64,000 nucleotides of DNA, from positions 1 through 64,000 of the forward strand of contig JBMOPW010000002.1 in the NCBI GenBank assembly GCA_049322915.1. The letters are read 5' to 3'. Origin of the DNA: Candidatus Zhuqueibacterota bacterium (GTDB lineage: Bacteria; Zhuqueibacterota; Zhuqueibacteria; Thermofontimicrobiales; Thermofontimicrobiaceae). Below the pieces are notes generated by a model. That model worked only from the letters and a program-made list of their open reading frames with translations, was not told the origin of the DNA and made no database searches. Both the position numbers and the translations under genes were made by a program. Positions 39,838-49,640 of the stretch are shown here, piece by piece (position 1 is the stretch's first letter; each line of letters begins with the position of its first letter).

Positions 39838-42800
39838 TCACTTATTAGCTTCTTTAAAAGAATTCTCCACTACCTCAATTTCCTCTGGTGTTAAACCATA
39901 AAGCTCATAAACCATTTGGTCAATTTCTTTGTCTGTTCTATCAATTTCAGCTTTTAATTCAATAGCTTTTTGCTTTTGTTCTTTGAAATAGTCCATCCAC
40001 TGTGATTCTTCTGATAACTTTAATTTGATACCTGCATTAGAAAAATATTTCAATAAATCAGGAAAATCTATATCACACCAATTTGAGATAATAATATTGT
40101 ATTTTCCAAAAATAAATGAAGTAATATTCTTTTGTAACTCATATAATATTAGAAAATTAGAAATATTAATATTAATTTTGTTAAGCATTGCTTTATATAT
40201 ATCGATTTTATTTTTATCATTAACATTTATTTCAATAATTGGCAAATCACCAATTTTTGTAGTGCTTAATTGGTTATATTGACCATTCGATATATGTTTT
40301 TGAATAAATGAACTATTTAATAATGCATTAGTAAATTTTGTGAAATCAACTTTATTACTGAATTGCTCAATAGAAGGAATTTTGTCACTTTTAAGGTAAA
40401 TAAAGTTTTGACCGCCAGAACCACCGCCTGAAGAATAATGACTTGTAGAAGAGAAAGTGAATTTATTCATATTTTTAGTGTTCACAATTATTTTTGTAGA
40501 ATCAAAGGGAACATCTGCTCTTTCATAAAGTGGCAACCACCAAAATTTTCTTTTCATTATTTTTTGAACTGCACCTGCTGAGCTATATTTAGCCTTTATA
40601 TCATCGATTGAAAAATTCTCAAATTCTTCTAATGTAATTACTTTGCCTTCAGGAATAGTTGTAGAACGGTTTAGCAAAACACCTGAAAACTGAGTTAAAT
40701 AATTTTTAATTTGACCTTCTAATTCATTAGAACATATATAGATAACAAAATATTCACTTTCAGTTACAATCCATTTATTAAGATTTTCAGTTTTAATAAA
40801 TGGTTTAATATATTTGGCTTCTTTGCTGTTCAATACAACCCAATTACCACTAATGTTTAATTGAATGTTATCTTGTTTATATTTTATATCAACGTTATTT
40901 TGTAAAATGAAAATTCCACGGCCTAAATATTCTTTAGAAATTAATTTATTTTCAACATGTTTATTTGTAACTTTATCTGCACCAGTAACCAATCCTTGAG
41001 AAATATAAAAATATTTTGAAAGTGGACATATTGTTTCATTGAAGTCAACAGAAGCTTGGTAAAAATTCCAAGGTTTATAATTTTCATTATCAAATTTTGA
41101 AGTTGAATAGGAAATAGCTAAACTATCGTCAAATAATTGAGTAGCAACTATGTTATTATCACGAAGGGATTTAAATTTAAAATAGTATGGATTATTGATT
41201 ACAGCTTTCAATTGAGTTAAAATTAAACTTGTTGTTCCAACATCTTTGAACACCTTAAGATCATTAAAATCTACAATTGAAATTATTTTTGAATCATTAA
41301 TAATTGATGCTCGAACTTTATTTGCCCAGTCGGCTGAAACAAATTCACGTGGAATAATCAAACTTTGAATTCCATTGTTCTTTAAAAGTTCAATTCCATG
41401 CTTTATAAAGAAATAGTATGTATTAGACCTACGCCTATAGAATTCTAACCACTTGGGGATTTTTTTTAGAGAATCGAAAATATCAGCGTTCCCTTTCTCT
41501 CCAACATAAGGTGGATTCCCAATAACCACATGAAAACCGCCTTTGGCAAATATTTCGGGAAATTCTTTTTCCCAATTGAATGCTTTTTCTCCTGCAATTT
41601 CTGGATCGTCAATCAATGAATTCCCACACTTGATGTTGTTATTCAGCATGGAAAGTTTTCTTCCTATTTTGGCAGTTCTCAACCACAATGATAATTTTGC
41701 AATTTCCACACTTTCTTCGTTTATGTCCACACCAAAAAGATTGTTTTCCAATATCTGCTTATCTGTGTCGTAAAGTCCTAAAGTTTGCTGAGTCAATTCG
41801 TTTATCAACATGTCATTGATTTTGTGTTCTTCAATTAAAAAAACCAATGCTTGATTCAAAAATGCACCACTTCCACAGGCAGGGTCCAGTATTTTCAATG
41901 TGAGCAGCCATTCCTTGTACTGGTTAAGTTTCTGGAAAAGCTGTTCTCCTTTTTTGGAAATCTTTCCATCTGCTTTTCTATGGGAATCATCAATTGTAAT
42001 TTCAGCAATATCCAGTTCCTGTTTTTTCTCCTTGCATAACGCGCCAATGGTGTTTTCAACAATGTATTGAGTGATATATTTGGGTGTGTAGTATATTCCT
42101 TCTTTCTTCCTTTTCGTCTTCTTTTTATCGACTGGTTTTCCTTCAAGTTCAGATGTGATTTCTTCAATCTCATTTAAGGAATGTTCGAAAATGTGTCCTA
42201 AAATATTTACATCAATTTCAGTGCTGAAATCATACGTCGAAAGTTTAATGCTGTCCTTTTCCAGAATATCATCTTCAATGATCACGCTGTTCAGGATTTC
42301 ATCTTTTGCGAAAAGTCCACCATTGTATTCTGGAAGCTCATAAGTATTATATTTATGTCCTTTGTCCAGGTGGTCGAAAAATAGCTTGAGACGGGCATAT
42401 AAAGGCTGATATGCCTCTAAATCTTTTAATTGGTGCCAATGGTCAATGATTCGGGAAATTGCATTGGGTGGGACCAGTCCCCTGTCTTCTGCAAAGAAAA
42501 TAAATAAAAGTCTGTCCAAAAGCTTTTGAGATTTTTTGAACAATAAAAGCTTGTCGTATTGCGGATTGTTTTTTACAAGATTGTTGAAGATTCTATGTTT
42601 AAATGTTGAATAGTCTTTATAAAATTTATCTGATATATTTTCTTCGTGAAATTTGGTTTCCTGTTTTAGCTTTGAAGGAACATCATTAAAAATGCTGTCT
42701 TTACTCAGGATAAGATATAATTTATTGAAATCAGTTTTGTTCAAGTTGAACAAATCGAACTCCTCAAACTCTGTTGCATTTTCAATGTAGAATCGGAGCA

Positions 42801-43212
42801 GCCGAAAATTTGAGGTGATGACATATTTACAATCGGGCTGATTGTTTTTATAGTTGAATGCCTGGTGTTTAATGGTTTCCAGATTAATTGTTTTGGTGGA
42901 TTTCAGTTCGATCACACCAATGGCTGAACCATCTTTTAAAATGGCTCCATCTGCTTTTTTTGAATCAGTGAAATTTTGAAATTCAGTGGTGAGATTAAAG
43001 TTATCATCTGGATTGATGGTATATCCAAGAACCTGTACAAAAATTTCTCTCAGGAATCCCTCCTGATAATTTTCTTCTTTCAGTTGTCTAATGTTCTGGA
43101 TACGCGCTTTATTTCCATAGAACTTTTGAAATATTTGGAAGGCTGTATTTACTTTGGTTTCATTGAGAGATTGAAGATATTTTTCAATGACTGATTTCTG
43201 AAAGATTTCCAT
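39838..43212 (-). CDS. Type IIG restriction-modification enzyme (fused endonuclease and N6-adenine methyltransferase)
   Basis: KADGAI...VIELK nuclease; GIYYTP; ILDPACGSGAFL; VIGNPPYV; C-terminal IDQMVYELYGLTPEEI. Confidence 0.92.
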   Translation of the reverse strand: MEIFQKSVIEKYLQSLNETKVNTAFQIFQKFYGNKARIQNIRQLKEENYQEGFLREIFVQVLGYTINPDDNFNLTTEFQNFTDSKKADGAILKDGSAIGVIELKSTKTINLETIKHQAFNYKNNQPDCKYVITSNFRLLRFYIENATEFEEFDLFNLNKTDFNKLYLILSKDSIFNDVPSKLKQETKFHEENISDKFYKDYSTFKHRIFNNLVKNNPQYDKLLLFKKSQKLLDRLLFIFFAEDRGLVPPNAISRIIDHWHQLKDLEAYQPLYARLKLFFDHLDKGHKYNTYELPEYNGGLFAKDEILNSVIIEDDILEKDSIKLSTYDFSTEIDVNILGHIFEHSLNEIEEITSELEGKPVDKKKTKRKKEGIYYTPKYITQYIVENTIGALCKEKKQELDIAEITIDDSHRKADGKISKKGEQLFQKLNQYKEWLLTLKILDPACGSGAFLNQALVFLIEEHKINDMLINELTQQTLGLYDTDKQILENNLFGVDINEESVEIAKLSLWLRTAKIGRKLSMLNNNIKCGNSLIDDPEIAGEKAFNWEKEFPEIFAKGGFHVVIGNPPYVGEKGNADIFDSLKKIPKWLEFYRRRSNTYYFFIKHGIELLKNNGIQSLIIPREFVSADWANKVRASIINDSKIISIVDFNDLKVFKDVGTTSLILTQLKAVINNPYYFKFKSLRDNNIVATQLFDDSLAISYSTSKFDNENYKPWNFYQASVDFNETICPLSKYFYISQGLVTGADKVTNKHVENKLISKEYLGRGIFILQNNVDIKYKQDNIQLNISGNWVVLNSKEAKYIKPFIKTENLNKWIVTESEYFVIYICSNELEGQIKNYLTQFSGVLLNRSTTIPEGKVITLEEFENFSIDDIKAKYSSAGAVQKIMKRKFWWLPLYERADVPFDSTKIIVNTKNMNKFTFSSTSHYSSGGGSGGQNFIYLKSDKIPSIEQFSNKVDFTKFTNALLNSSFIQKHISNGQYNQLSTTKIGDLPIIEINVNDKNKIDIYKAMLNKININISNFLILYELQKNITSFIFGKYNIIISNWCDIDFPDLLKYFSNAGIKLKLSEESQWMDYFKEQKQKAIELKAEIDRTDKEIDQMVYELYGLTPEEIEVVENSFKEANK

Positions 43213-43269
43213 TAAGTGACCTTTGATAAAATTATTGAGCATTGAAAAATGAAGTATAGTAGTTGGGAA

Positions 43270-43377
43270 TTAACCCTACTACGTCATATAGCAAGTTTTG
43301 CACAATATATTGTATGTTATGATGTCAAAAAATACGATATATTGTGTTGATAATTCTAAGTGACGTTGTAGGGTTAA
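43270..43377. mobile_element. TTAA-bounded ~100 bp MITE inside the islet
   Basis: TTAACCCTACTACGTCA...TGACGTTGTAGGGTTAA; 11 mismatches in 108 bp versus 58591-58698. Confidence 0.85.
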
Positions 43378-43634
43378 TCGATCATTAAAATCTGGATACT
43401 ATTGTCAATGTATTATAATAAATTTTCATTTAAATTCAATAGAAAAATTAAAGATGACGAAAATTTCTAAAAACTAAATGAGAACTATTTTGAAAAAAAC
43501 AAAAAAATTACTTGCGTGTAAGGTTTTTGTGTATTATATTAAACCTTACATATATGTAAAGTTTGATGGATAGAGTAAACCATTTGAAAAACATAAAATT
43601 CATAAAAAGTATTTCTATTAGAATCGGGAAAAAA

Positions 43635-44261
43635 ATGGAAAATAAAATTAAGGCAATAAATTTCTATCATACTGAGCTTAATGCACATTATAATTCAAGT
43701 ATAGGAAAGTCAATTTCAATACTACTAAATAGTAAAAAAAGCAGATTGATAGGGCATAATATTAGTTATCGTGTTATCAATCATTGGGAAAAAATGGGAA
43801 TTCTTGATACAAAAAAAGAGACAGATAAAAAATGGCGGAGGTATTCTATTATTGATTTAGTTTGGATTCAAGTTACTATTATTTTAAGAACTTTTGGCTA
43901 TCCATTAGAAAAAATTTTGACAGCCAAAAGGAACTTAGAAATGAATGATTGGGAAAGTAAACCTACTCAATCATCATTTTTCGAAGAGGATAATATTAAA
44001 AATAAACCAGTTCAATTTCCATTGTTTGAAATGCATATTGGAATGGCTTTTTTTAAAGGGGAGGAAGTTTATTTATTGGTGTTTCCAGACGGGAATGCAG
44101 TATCTATTATGATCAAAGAGCCACTGTCGTACGATAAATTAAAAGAATTAGGCGATCATATTATCATCTCGATAAACAATATTCTAAAAAAGTTATTTCC
44201 AGAAAATAATATGAGCGCTATTTCACAGCAAGAACCTGAGCTATCCAGTGAAGAAATTTAA
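43635..44261 (+). CDS. MerR-like HTH protein, possibly C-terminally truncated
   Basis: ISYRVINHWEKMGIL...KWRRYSIIDLVW...LRTFGYPLEKI. Confidence 0.7.
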   Translation: MENKIKAINFYHTELNAHYNSSIGKSISILLNSKKSRLIGHNISYRVINHWEKMGILDTKKETDKKWRRYSIIDLVWIQVTIILRTFGYPLEKILTAKRNLEMNDWESKPTQSSFFEEDNIKNKPVQFPLFEMHIGMAFFKGEEVYLLVFPDGNAVSIMIKEPLSYDKLKELGDHIIISINNILKKLFPENNMSAISQQEPELSSEEI

Positions 44262-44457
44262 TGATAAAACGAAAGGGTTAGTAACAGTGAAATTATAAAA
44301 TAGACGGTAAAACTGAATATTTAAAAATCAGAAAGATAAGAAAAATGAAATACTGATAGGCTAAATTAGGCGTTTAATTCTGACATTGAAATTGAAAAAC
44401 GAAACTGAATAATTTAAAACTTACACTAAATATTGATAACTAAATTTAAGGATTAAC

Positions 44458-44649
44458 ATGATGATTAAAAAACAATTCAATGCAGAACCATTGCATCGGC
44501 TGAGGTTCTCAGTGGTGCAATTCTTAGGACTATTACGCTATGCTGTCTATAAACGAATGCAGGAAAATCCTGGAGTCAAAAGGGAAAAAATATTCACATT
44601 CAGAAATAAAGATGTTGAGAGACTTGCTTTATACTTTGGCAGAAATTGA
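44458..44649 (+). CDS. Small hypothetical protein upstream of the recombinase
   Basis: 63-aa ORF with AAGGGA RBS, ending 29 bp before the recombinase start. Confidence 0.35.
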   Translation: MMIKKQFNAEPLHRLRFSVVQFLGLLRYAVYKRMQENPGVKREKIFTFRNKDVERLALYFGRN

Positions 44650-44678
44650 GATTCAAAATAATAAGGATAACTTAGAAA

Positions 44679-46238
44679 ATGGTAAGAAAAGCGATTATTT
44701 ACGTACGCGTCTCAACTGATGAGCAGCGAGAAAACGGCTTTAGTTTGCAGGAACAGGAAAACAGGTTGAGGAAGTATTGCCAGAAAGAAAACATTGAGAT
44801 TGTTGCTATATATAGAGAAGACTGCTCTGCTAAAAATTTCAATCGGCCTGAATATAGAAAAATGGAATCGGAACTAAAAAGTAATAAATTAAAAGCTGAT
44901 TTATTTTTATGTGTAAGAATGGACAGGTTTTCGAGAAATGCCTTTGAGTCTCTTAAAAAGATAATGGAACTAAAGAAATTTGGTGTAGAATTTAAACCGT
45001 TAGAAATGGATTATGATTTATCAGTTCCAGAAAACTTAATTCCATTTTTTATAAATTTAGTGATGCCTCAAGTTGACAATGAGAGACGAGGCATTAATAC
45101 AAAAAGGGGAATGAGACAGGCAATGCGGGAAGGCAGGTGGATTGCACAGGCACCAAAGGGATACAAACTTGAAAGGATTGATGAAAAATCTTATTTAGTT
45201 CAAGATGAAAATGCAAGATTTGTTATTGAGGCATTTACTGAATTTTCAAAAGGTATTTACAGTGTGAATGAGCTAAGATTAATGTTAAATGAAAAGGGAT
45301 TTAGTTGTAGCAAAACTCAATTTCACGAACTATTAAGAAATCCTGTTTACATAGGTAAGATAAGGATAAAAGCTTGGAAAGATGAGGAAGAAGAAATAGT
45401 TAATGGCGCGCATGAGGGAATTATTCTTGAAGATGTTTTTTACAAAGTCCAATCCATTCTTGAGGGCCGAAGACCAAGAAAGAAACCCAAATCTAAATAC
45501 GTGGATGAATTTCCTTTGAGAGGCCATTTGCAATGTTCTAAATGTGGCAGGAAACTTACAGGTAGTCCTTCTCGAAGCAAGACAGGTGCAAGACACTTCT
45601 ATTATCATTGCCGAAACGACTGTAAGGAAAGATTCAGGGCAGATGAAGCGAATGCCGAGTTTTTGAGATATATAAAATCATTCAAGATTCGGCCAGAAAT
45701 ATTGTCTCTGTATTTCAAGATTCTGGAAGATGTGTTTGACAGGGATGAAATGAGCAAAGATAAAGAAATTCAAAAGCTGAAAAATCAAATGAAATCATTT
45801 GAAGATAAAATTATTACTGTTGAGGATAAATTCATTAATAACGATATTTATAAACAGGATTATAACACGATAAAACATAGGTATGAGGAAAATATCAGGG
45901 AGCTAAAAATTAAAATTTCTGAGTTAGAGATGCAGGATTCTAACTACATGAAATACGTTGAATATTCGTTTTCCCTGCTTGGTGATTTGGAAGGATATTA
46001 CAAAAAGGCTGATGTTGAGGTGAAAGATAAAATAGTGAGTTCGATTTTTCCAGAAAAATTGATCTATGAAGAAAAAAAATATCGAACTCCAAAAGTCAAT
46101 GAAGTGCTGTCATTGTTGACTAAAAATATCAATGAGTTAGGAGAAATAAAAAACAAAAAAGCTGTCAAAAATGACAGCTTCTCCGCTTTGGCATCCCCAA
46201 GGGGAGTCGAACCCCTGTTACAGGATCGAAAATCCTGA
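44679..46238 (+). CDS. Large serine recombinase (integrase)
   Basis: YVRVSTDEQ (catalytic Ser), DRFSRN, recombinase domain (APKGY, LRNPVYIG, HEGII), Zn ribbon C..CG...YYHC...C, coiled coil; 3' end overlaps tRNA-Glu antisense. Confidence 0.95.
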   Translation: MVRKAIIYVRVSTDEQRENGFSLQEQENRLRKYCQKENIEIVAIYREDCSAKNFNRPEYRKMESELKSNKLKADLFLCVRMDRFSRNAFESLKKIMELKKFGVEFKPLEMDYDLSVPENLIPFFINLVMPQVDNERRGINTKRGMRQAMREGRWIAQAPKGYKLERIDEKSYLVQDENARFVIEAFTEFSKGIYSVNELRLMLNEKGFSCSKTQFHELLRNPVYIGKIRIKAWKDEEEEIVNGAHEGIILEDVFYKVQSILEGRRPRKKPKSKYVDEFPLRGHLQCSKCGRKLTGSPSRSKTGARHFYYHCRNDCKERFRADEANAEFLRYIKSFKIRPEILSLYFKILEDVFDRDEMSKDKEIQKLKNQMKSFEDKIITVEDKFINNDIYKQDYNTIKHRYEENIRELKIKISELEMQDSNYMKYVEYSFSLLGDLEGYYKKADVEVKDKIVSSIFPEKLIYEEKKYRTPKVNEVLSLLTKNINELGEIKNKKAVKNDSFSALASPRGVEPLLQDRKS

Positions 46239-46263
46239 GTCCTGACCACTAGACGATGGGGAC
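46189..46263 (-). tRNA. tRNA-Glu (TTC)
   Basis: GTCCCCATCGTCTAGTGGTCAGGACTCAGGATTTTCGATCCTGTAACAGGGGTTCGACTCCCCTTGGGGATGCCA cloverleaf with encoded CCA. Confidence 0.97.
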
Positions 46264-46286
46264 ATATTTTCAGCGTATTCAGAATG

Positions 46287-46365
46287 TGGGGGAGAGCGAC
46301 GGGAGTCGAACCCGCGACCCCCAGGGCCACAACCTGGTGCTCTAACCATCTGAGCTACGCCCTCC
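46287..46365 (-). tRNA. tRNA-His (GTG)
   Basis: GGAGGGCGTAGCTCAGATGGTTAGAGCACCAGGTTGTGGCCCTGG...GGTTCGACTCC; G-1:C73 pair. Confidence 0.95.
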
Positions 46366-46610
46366 GAATATTTTGGAGCGAAAATATAATATAATTTTTT
46401 TTAAAATGCAAGTAAAAAAATCATGATTGTTGAGCTTTGATTCCACACAACCAGCCTCTTGTTCGCGGTTGAGTTTCGTAATTGTCCGCAGCATTTTCTG
46501 AAGGCTTCATTTCAAGCAAATTAAACTTGATTTTGCAATCCATATTCATTAAATTTGGCCTCTTCGTTTCAGCTATGTTGCTTTATTTAGGAGCAAGGCC
46601 GTAAAGTTGT

Positions 46611-46717
46611 GAAACCGTTAAAGCGGTTTCCAACATCTTGTTCTTTCGAATTCCACCCCGATGAATCGGAGTGTTAACAAATAAGAAAATAATGAATGAA
46701 CTGCTTCAGCAGTTTTC
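46611..46717. repeat. Cluster of three short palindromes (REP-like)
   Basis: GAAACCGTTAAAGCGGTTTC, CACCCCGATGAATCGGAGTG, AACTGCTTCAGCAGTT. Confidence 0.5.
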
Positions 46718-47026
46718 ATTATTCTTATGTGCTATCCCAAATTTTAACTTTTCAGAATTGCTCTCGCTTTGTTCCATTAGCTTCGTAAATTAATTTCGAA
46801 ATTTTTTTGAAACTTAGTTGTTTAAATAAAAGTATTAAATGTCGATTAAATCACACCAGGGTCTTCGAAGGCAGTATTCCGGGATTCGATTGAGGTAAAT
46901 ATCGCTCTTCACAGGCGCGGGTGTTATAGAAGTTCCATTCGATGAATCGTTGCATTGCATGACTATCAGTCGGCGAATTAAAGAATTTTGTACAGATAAT
47001 TTAGCTCTCAAAAAGCAGGAGGAGTA

Positions 47027-47383
47027 ATGGAAATTCACACTGAAACAAGTGGCCATACAGGGATCATTAGATTTTTGGGTAAAACGTTGGGTGAACCTGC
47101 TGATTCCAAACAGTTCGAAACGCAATTCAAAACTCTCCTCAAGGGAGGTGTGAAAAATGTCATTCTCGATCTTCACCAGGTAAATCGGATCAATAGCACC
47201 GGACTGGCCATATTAATCACGGCTACCACGCTGCTATCCAATACCGGCGGAAGCAAAGTCGCCCTTGCCGGGAGCAATGATTTCATTCAGGGCGCGCTGA
47301 CCCTCACGCGGCTGAATCAGTTCTTTGATTGCTTTGACGATGTCTCTCAAGCGACCCAGCAACTGCAGTCGAGTGGCCATTAA
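47027..47383 (+). CDS. STAS-domain anti-sigma-factor antagonist
   Basis: VILDL..V..INSTGLAILI; AGGAGGAG RBS. Confidence 0.88.
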   Translation: MEIHTETSGHTGIIRFLGKTLGEPADSKQFETQFKTLLKGGVKNVILDLHQVNRINSTGLAILITATTLLSNTGGSKVALAGSNDFIQGALTLTRLNQFFDCFDDVSQATQQLQSSGH

Positions 47384-47422
47384 GTTTTTATAAAATATAA
47401 GGTGTGTAAATCGAGATCATTA

Positions 47423-48631
47423 ATGATAGCAAATCCAAAGGACTTCTATCGAAAATTAGATGCGTTTCTTTCTGAAATTTATCTGGTTGGATCTGACAGA
47501 ATTTTATCGACTGTTCTGAGCGAGCTTGTAGATTTTTTCGGCAGAGACCTTCACATACAAAGCGGGTCCCTTTATGAATTGAGCGGCGACCAGTTTGTTC
47601 TTCTGCACAGTGTAAAGGTCTCACAATCAAGTGAATTAGCTGAGAGTTTGAGTTTACAGGATACTGCCGTTCAGAATGTAATGAAACACGGGAGCTACAT
47701 TTTCAACCCACCGCAGGAACACCCTCATCACTATTCCAAATCACAGCAGGAAAACCTCACCCCGGTCGCTTTTGCCATTCAGAATGGATCCATGAAATGG
47801 CTGTTTATCTTCGATCTCACACCGGGTTGGACCCGCGAGGAAATCGAATTTTCCATCAATACCATCAGAAAAGTGCTGAACGCGCGAATCGCCAATGAGT
47901 CGTTCAGAAACTCGATGCGCCAGGCTGAATTGATTCAACAGAGCTTACTTCCCAAAGGACCCATCGAATTCGCCGGCTTTGAAATTGCCGGAGATTCCAT
48001 ATCGACCGATATTGTCGGCGGTGATCTTTTTGATTTCATTCATTTTGATGACGATCATTTTGGCATTGCCGTTGGGGATTCCAGCGGCCACGGTTTACCG
48101 GCAGCGCTGCTGGTCCGCGATGTCGTCACTGGATTGCGTATGGGCCTGGAAAAGGAAATGAAAATCACGCCGGTGCTGGAAAAACTCAATCGCGTGATTC
48201 ACCGCAGCACTCTGTCCACGGCGTTCATCTCCCTTTTTTATGGTGAGATTGAAGCCAATGGAAATGTTGTGTACACAAACGCCGGCCACCCTCCGCCGAT
48301 TCTGTTTTCAGGCGAGCACATTGAAATGCTCGATCTCGGCGGCCTGGTCCTTGGTCCCATGCCTGAAGTAAAACTGCGGCGCGGCTTTGCGCGAATGAAT
48401 CCGGGGAACGTGTTGGTCATGTACAGCGATGGCCTGATCGAGCGGCAGAACAGGTATGGCATTCAGTTCGAACTCGATCGCGTCAAAAAGATCGTCATTG
48501 ATCATCAACACCGTTCTGCAGAGAACATTAAAGACATTTTGATTGAATCAGCTTTCAACTATGGGGAGAAAGGCTCGTGGAAGGATGACGTCACCGTTGT
48601 CGTTGTGAAACGGAAACCTGAAACAGCCTGA
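47423..48631 (+). CDS. PP2C/SpoIIE-type phosphatase (RsbU-like)
   Basis: IQQSLLP, VGGDLFDF, GDSSGHG.PAAL, NAGHPPP, YSDGLIE, DDVTVV. Confidence 0.92.
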   Translation: MIANPKDFYRKLDAFLSEIYLVGSDRILSTVLSELVDFFGRDLHIQSGSLYELSGDQFVLLHSVKVSQSSELAESLSLQDTAVQNVMKHGSYIFNPPQEHPHHYSKSQQENLTPVAFAIQNGSMKWLFIFDLTPGWTREEIEFSINTIRKVLNARIANESFRNSMRQAELIQQSLLPKGPIEFAGFEIAGDSISTDIVGGDLFDFIHFDDDHFGIAVGDSSGHGLPAALLVRDVVTGLRMGLEKEMKITPVLEKLNRVIHRSTLSTAFISLFYGEIEANGNVVYTNAGHPPPILFSGEHIEMLDLGGLVLGPMPEVKLRRGFARMNPGNVLVMYSDGLIERQNRYGIQFELDRVKKIVIDHQHRSAENIKDILIESAFNYGEKGSWKDDVTVVVVKRKPETA

Positions 48632-48980
48632 GTCGGAGCAATAGTTCGACGGGTAAGAATGCTGCTGACTGCGAACATTTTCAGTGATCGGGTTGAAGCT
48701 CGGTTTACTCATGATGAACTCAGCCAGGGAAATTTTACACCTGAAAGAAGTGATTAGCTTTCAGCGTTAAGAAAAACAGCATGTTCAGATGGAATTATCC
48801 TATCATCGAATGAGTGAAACCCTGCAAATGTTACTATTTATAGTTTTTGAAAGAGCCGATGGCTGAATGCTGTTCGCTCAAAGTAGATTTCAAAAATTAG
48901 TCGTTGTGTTAATCAATAGATTTTGTCGCATGCCAGTCGTCTGCCGAGACTGGCGTTTTTTTCATCCAGCAGCACCAGAT

Positions 48981-49640
48981 TTATAATATTCCTCGCGTTC
49001 CGGTTTTGGAGGAATGATATGTCCTCATTTTCTCCTCGATAAAATCCAGATGATTTTCCAATTGCGCGATGGGATATGTCCGTGGCGCAAACACAACGAA
49101 CAGGACTTCCCGCGACTCCAGCGTGATTTTCGTCCGATCGGAATCTGAGGAAGGATTTCCAAATGGCCCAAGACGATCGACCAGTGCGAGTCTGCCGTTG
49201 AGGTTGATGTATTCCTTGCCGATTCCGTGATAGCCCTCGCCCTCGGCGCCAAGCCGCAGATGCGCCGGCCACTGGATTTTCTCCACATCATACAGGCCGA
49301 TGGAGAGCAGAAACGAAAGTGAACATAGGTTGCAAATGTCAACGACTGAATTGATCTGGTAGATGGAATCGCCCTTTAAAACCCGCCGTAGCAAGGCTTC
49401 GGACGACGGCCTCGTTTTTGTCGGATCAAGACCAATGCTCCGGTAAAATTGTCGCGTAACATTCAGCCGATCCCGGGCATCCTGCGGTGAACCATATTGG
49501 CGCCGGAGTTGAGCGCCCAATGCTTCCATTTCCTGGACGAGAGGTACATTGATCGCCGAAACCACTACTTCCTCGAATCCGATGTGACCCACCTGGACGA
49601 TGTGACGCAGCGCAGGGTCAATGACAAGTTTCATTTCCAT
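48981..49640 (-). CDS. Stand-alone B3/B4 domain protein (PheRS-beta editing-like)
   Basis: GLDPTKTRPSSEALLRR, INSVVDICNL.SL, GLYD, GPFGNP.SDS.RT. Confidence 0.88.
   Translation of the reverse strand: MEMKLVIDPALRHIVQVGHIGFEEVVVSAINVPLVQEMEALGAQLRRQYGSPQDARDRLNVTRQFYRSIGLDPTKTRPSSEALLRRVLKGDSIYQINSVVDICNLCSLSFLLSIGLYDVEKIQWPAHLRLGAEGEGYHGIGKEYINLNGRLALVDRLGPFGNPSSDSDRTKITLESREVLFVVFAPRTYPIAQLENHLDFIEEKMRTYHSSKTGTRGIL

Larger units (their letters stand above)
37326..46200. mobile_element. ~8.9 kb integrative islet at the tRNA-Glu 3' end (serine-recombinase type, defence cargo)
   Basis: 12 bp direct repeat TGGCATCCCCAA at 37326-37337 and 46189-46200 (tRNA 3' end), terminal recombinase gene, abrupt AT-richness. 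Confidence 0.9.

Noticed and set aside
46064..46330. 88-aa minus-strand ORF
   Set aside because: It is a translation of the two tRNA genes and the recombinase antisense
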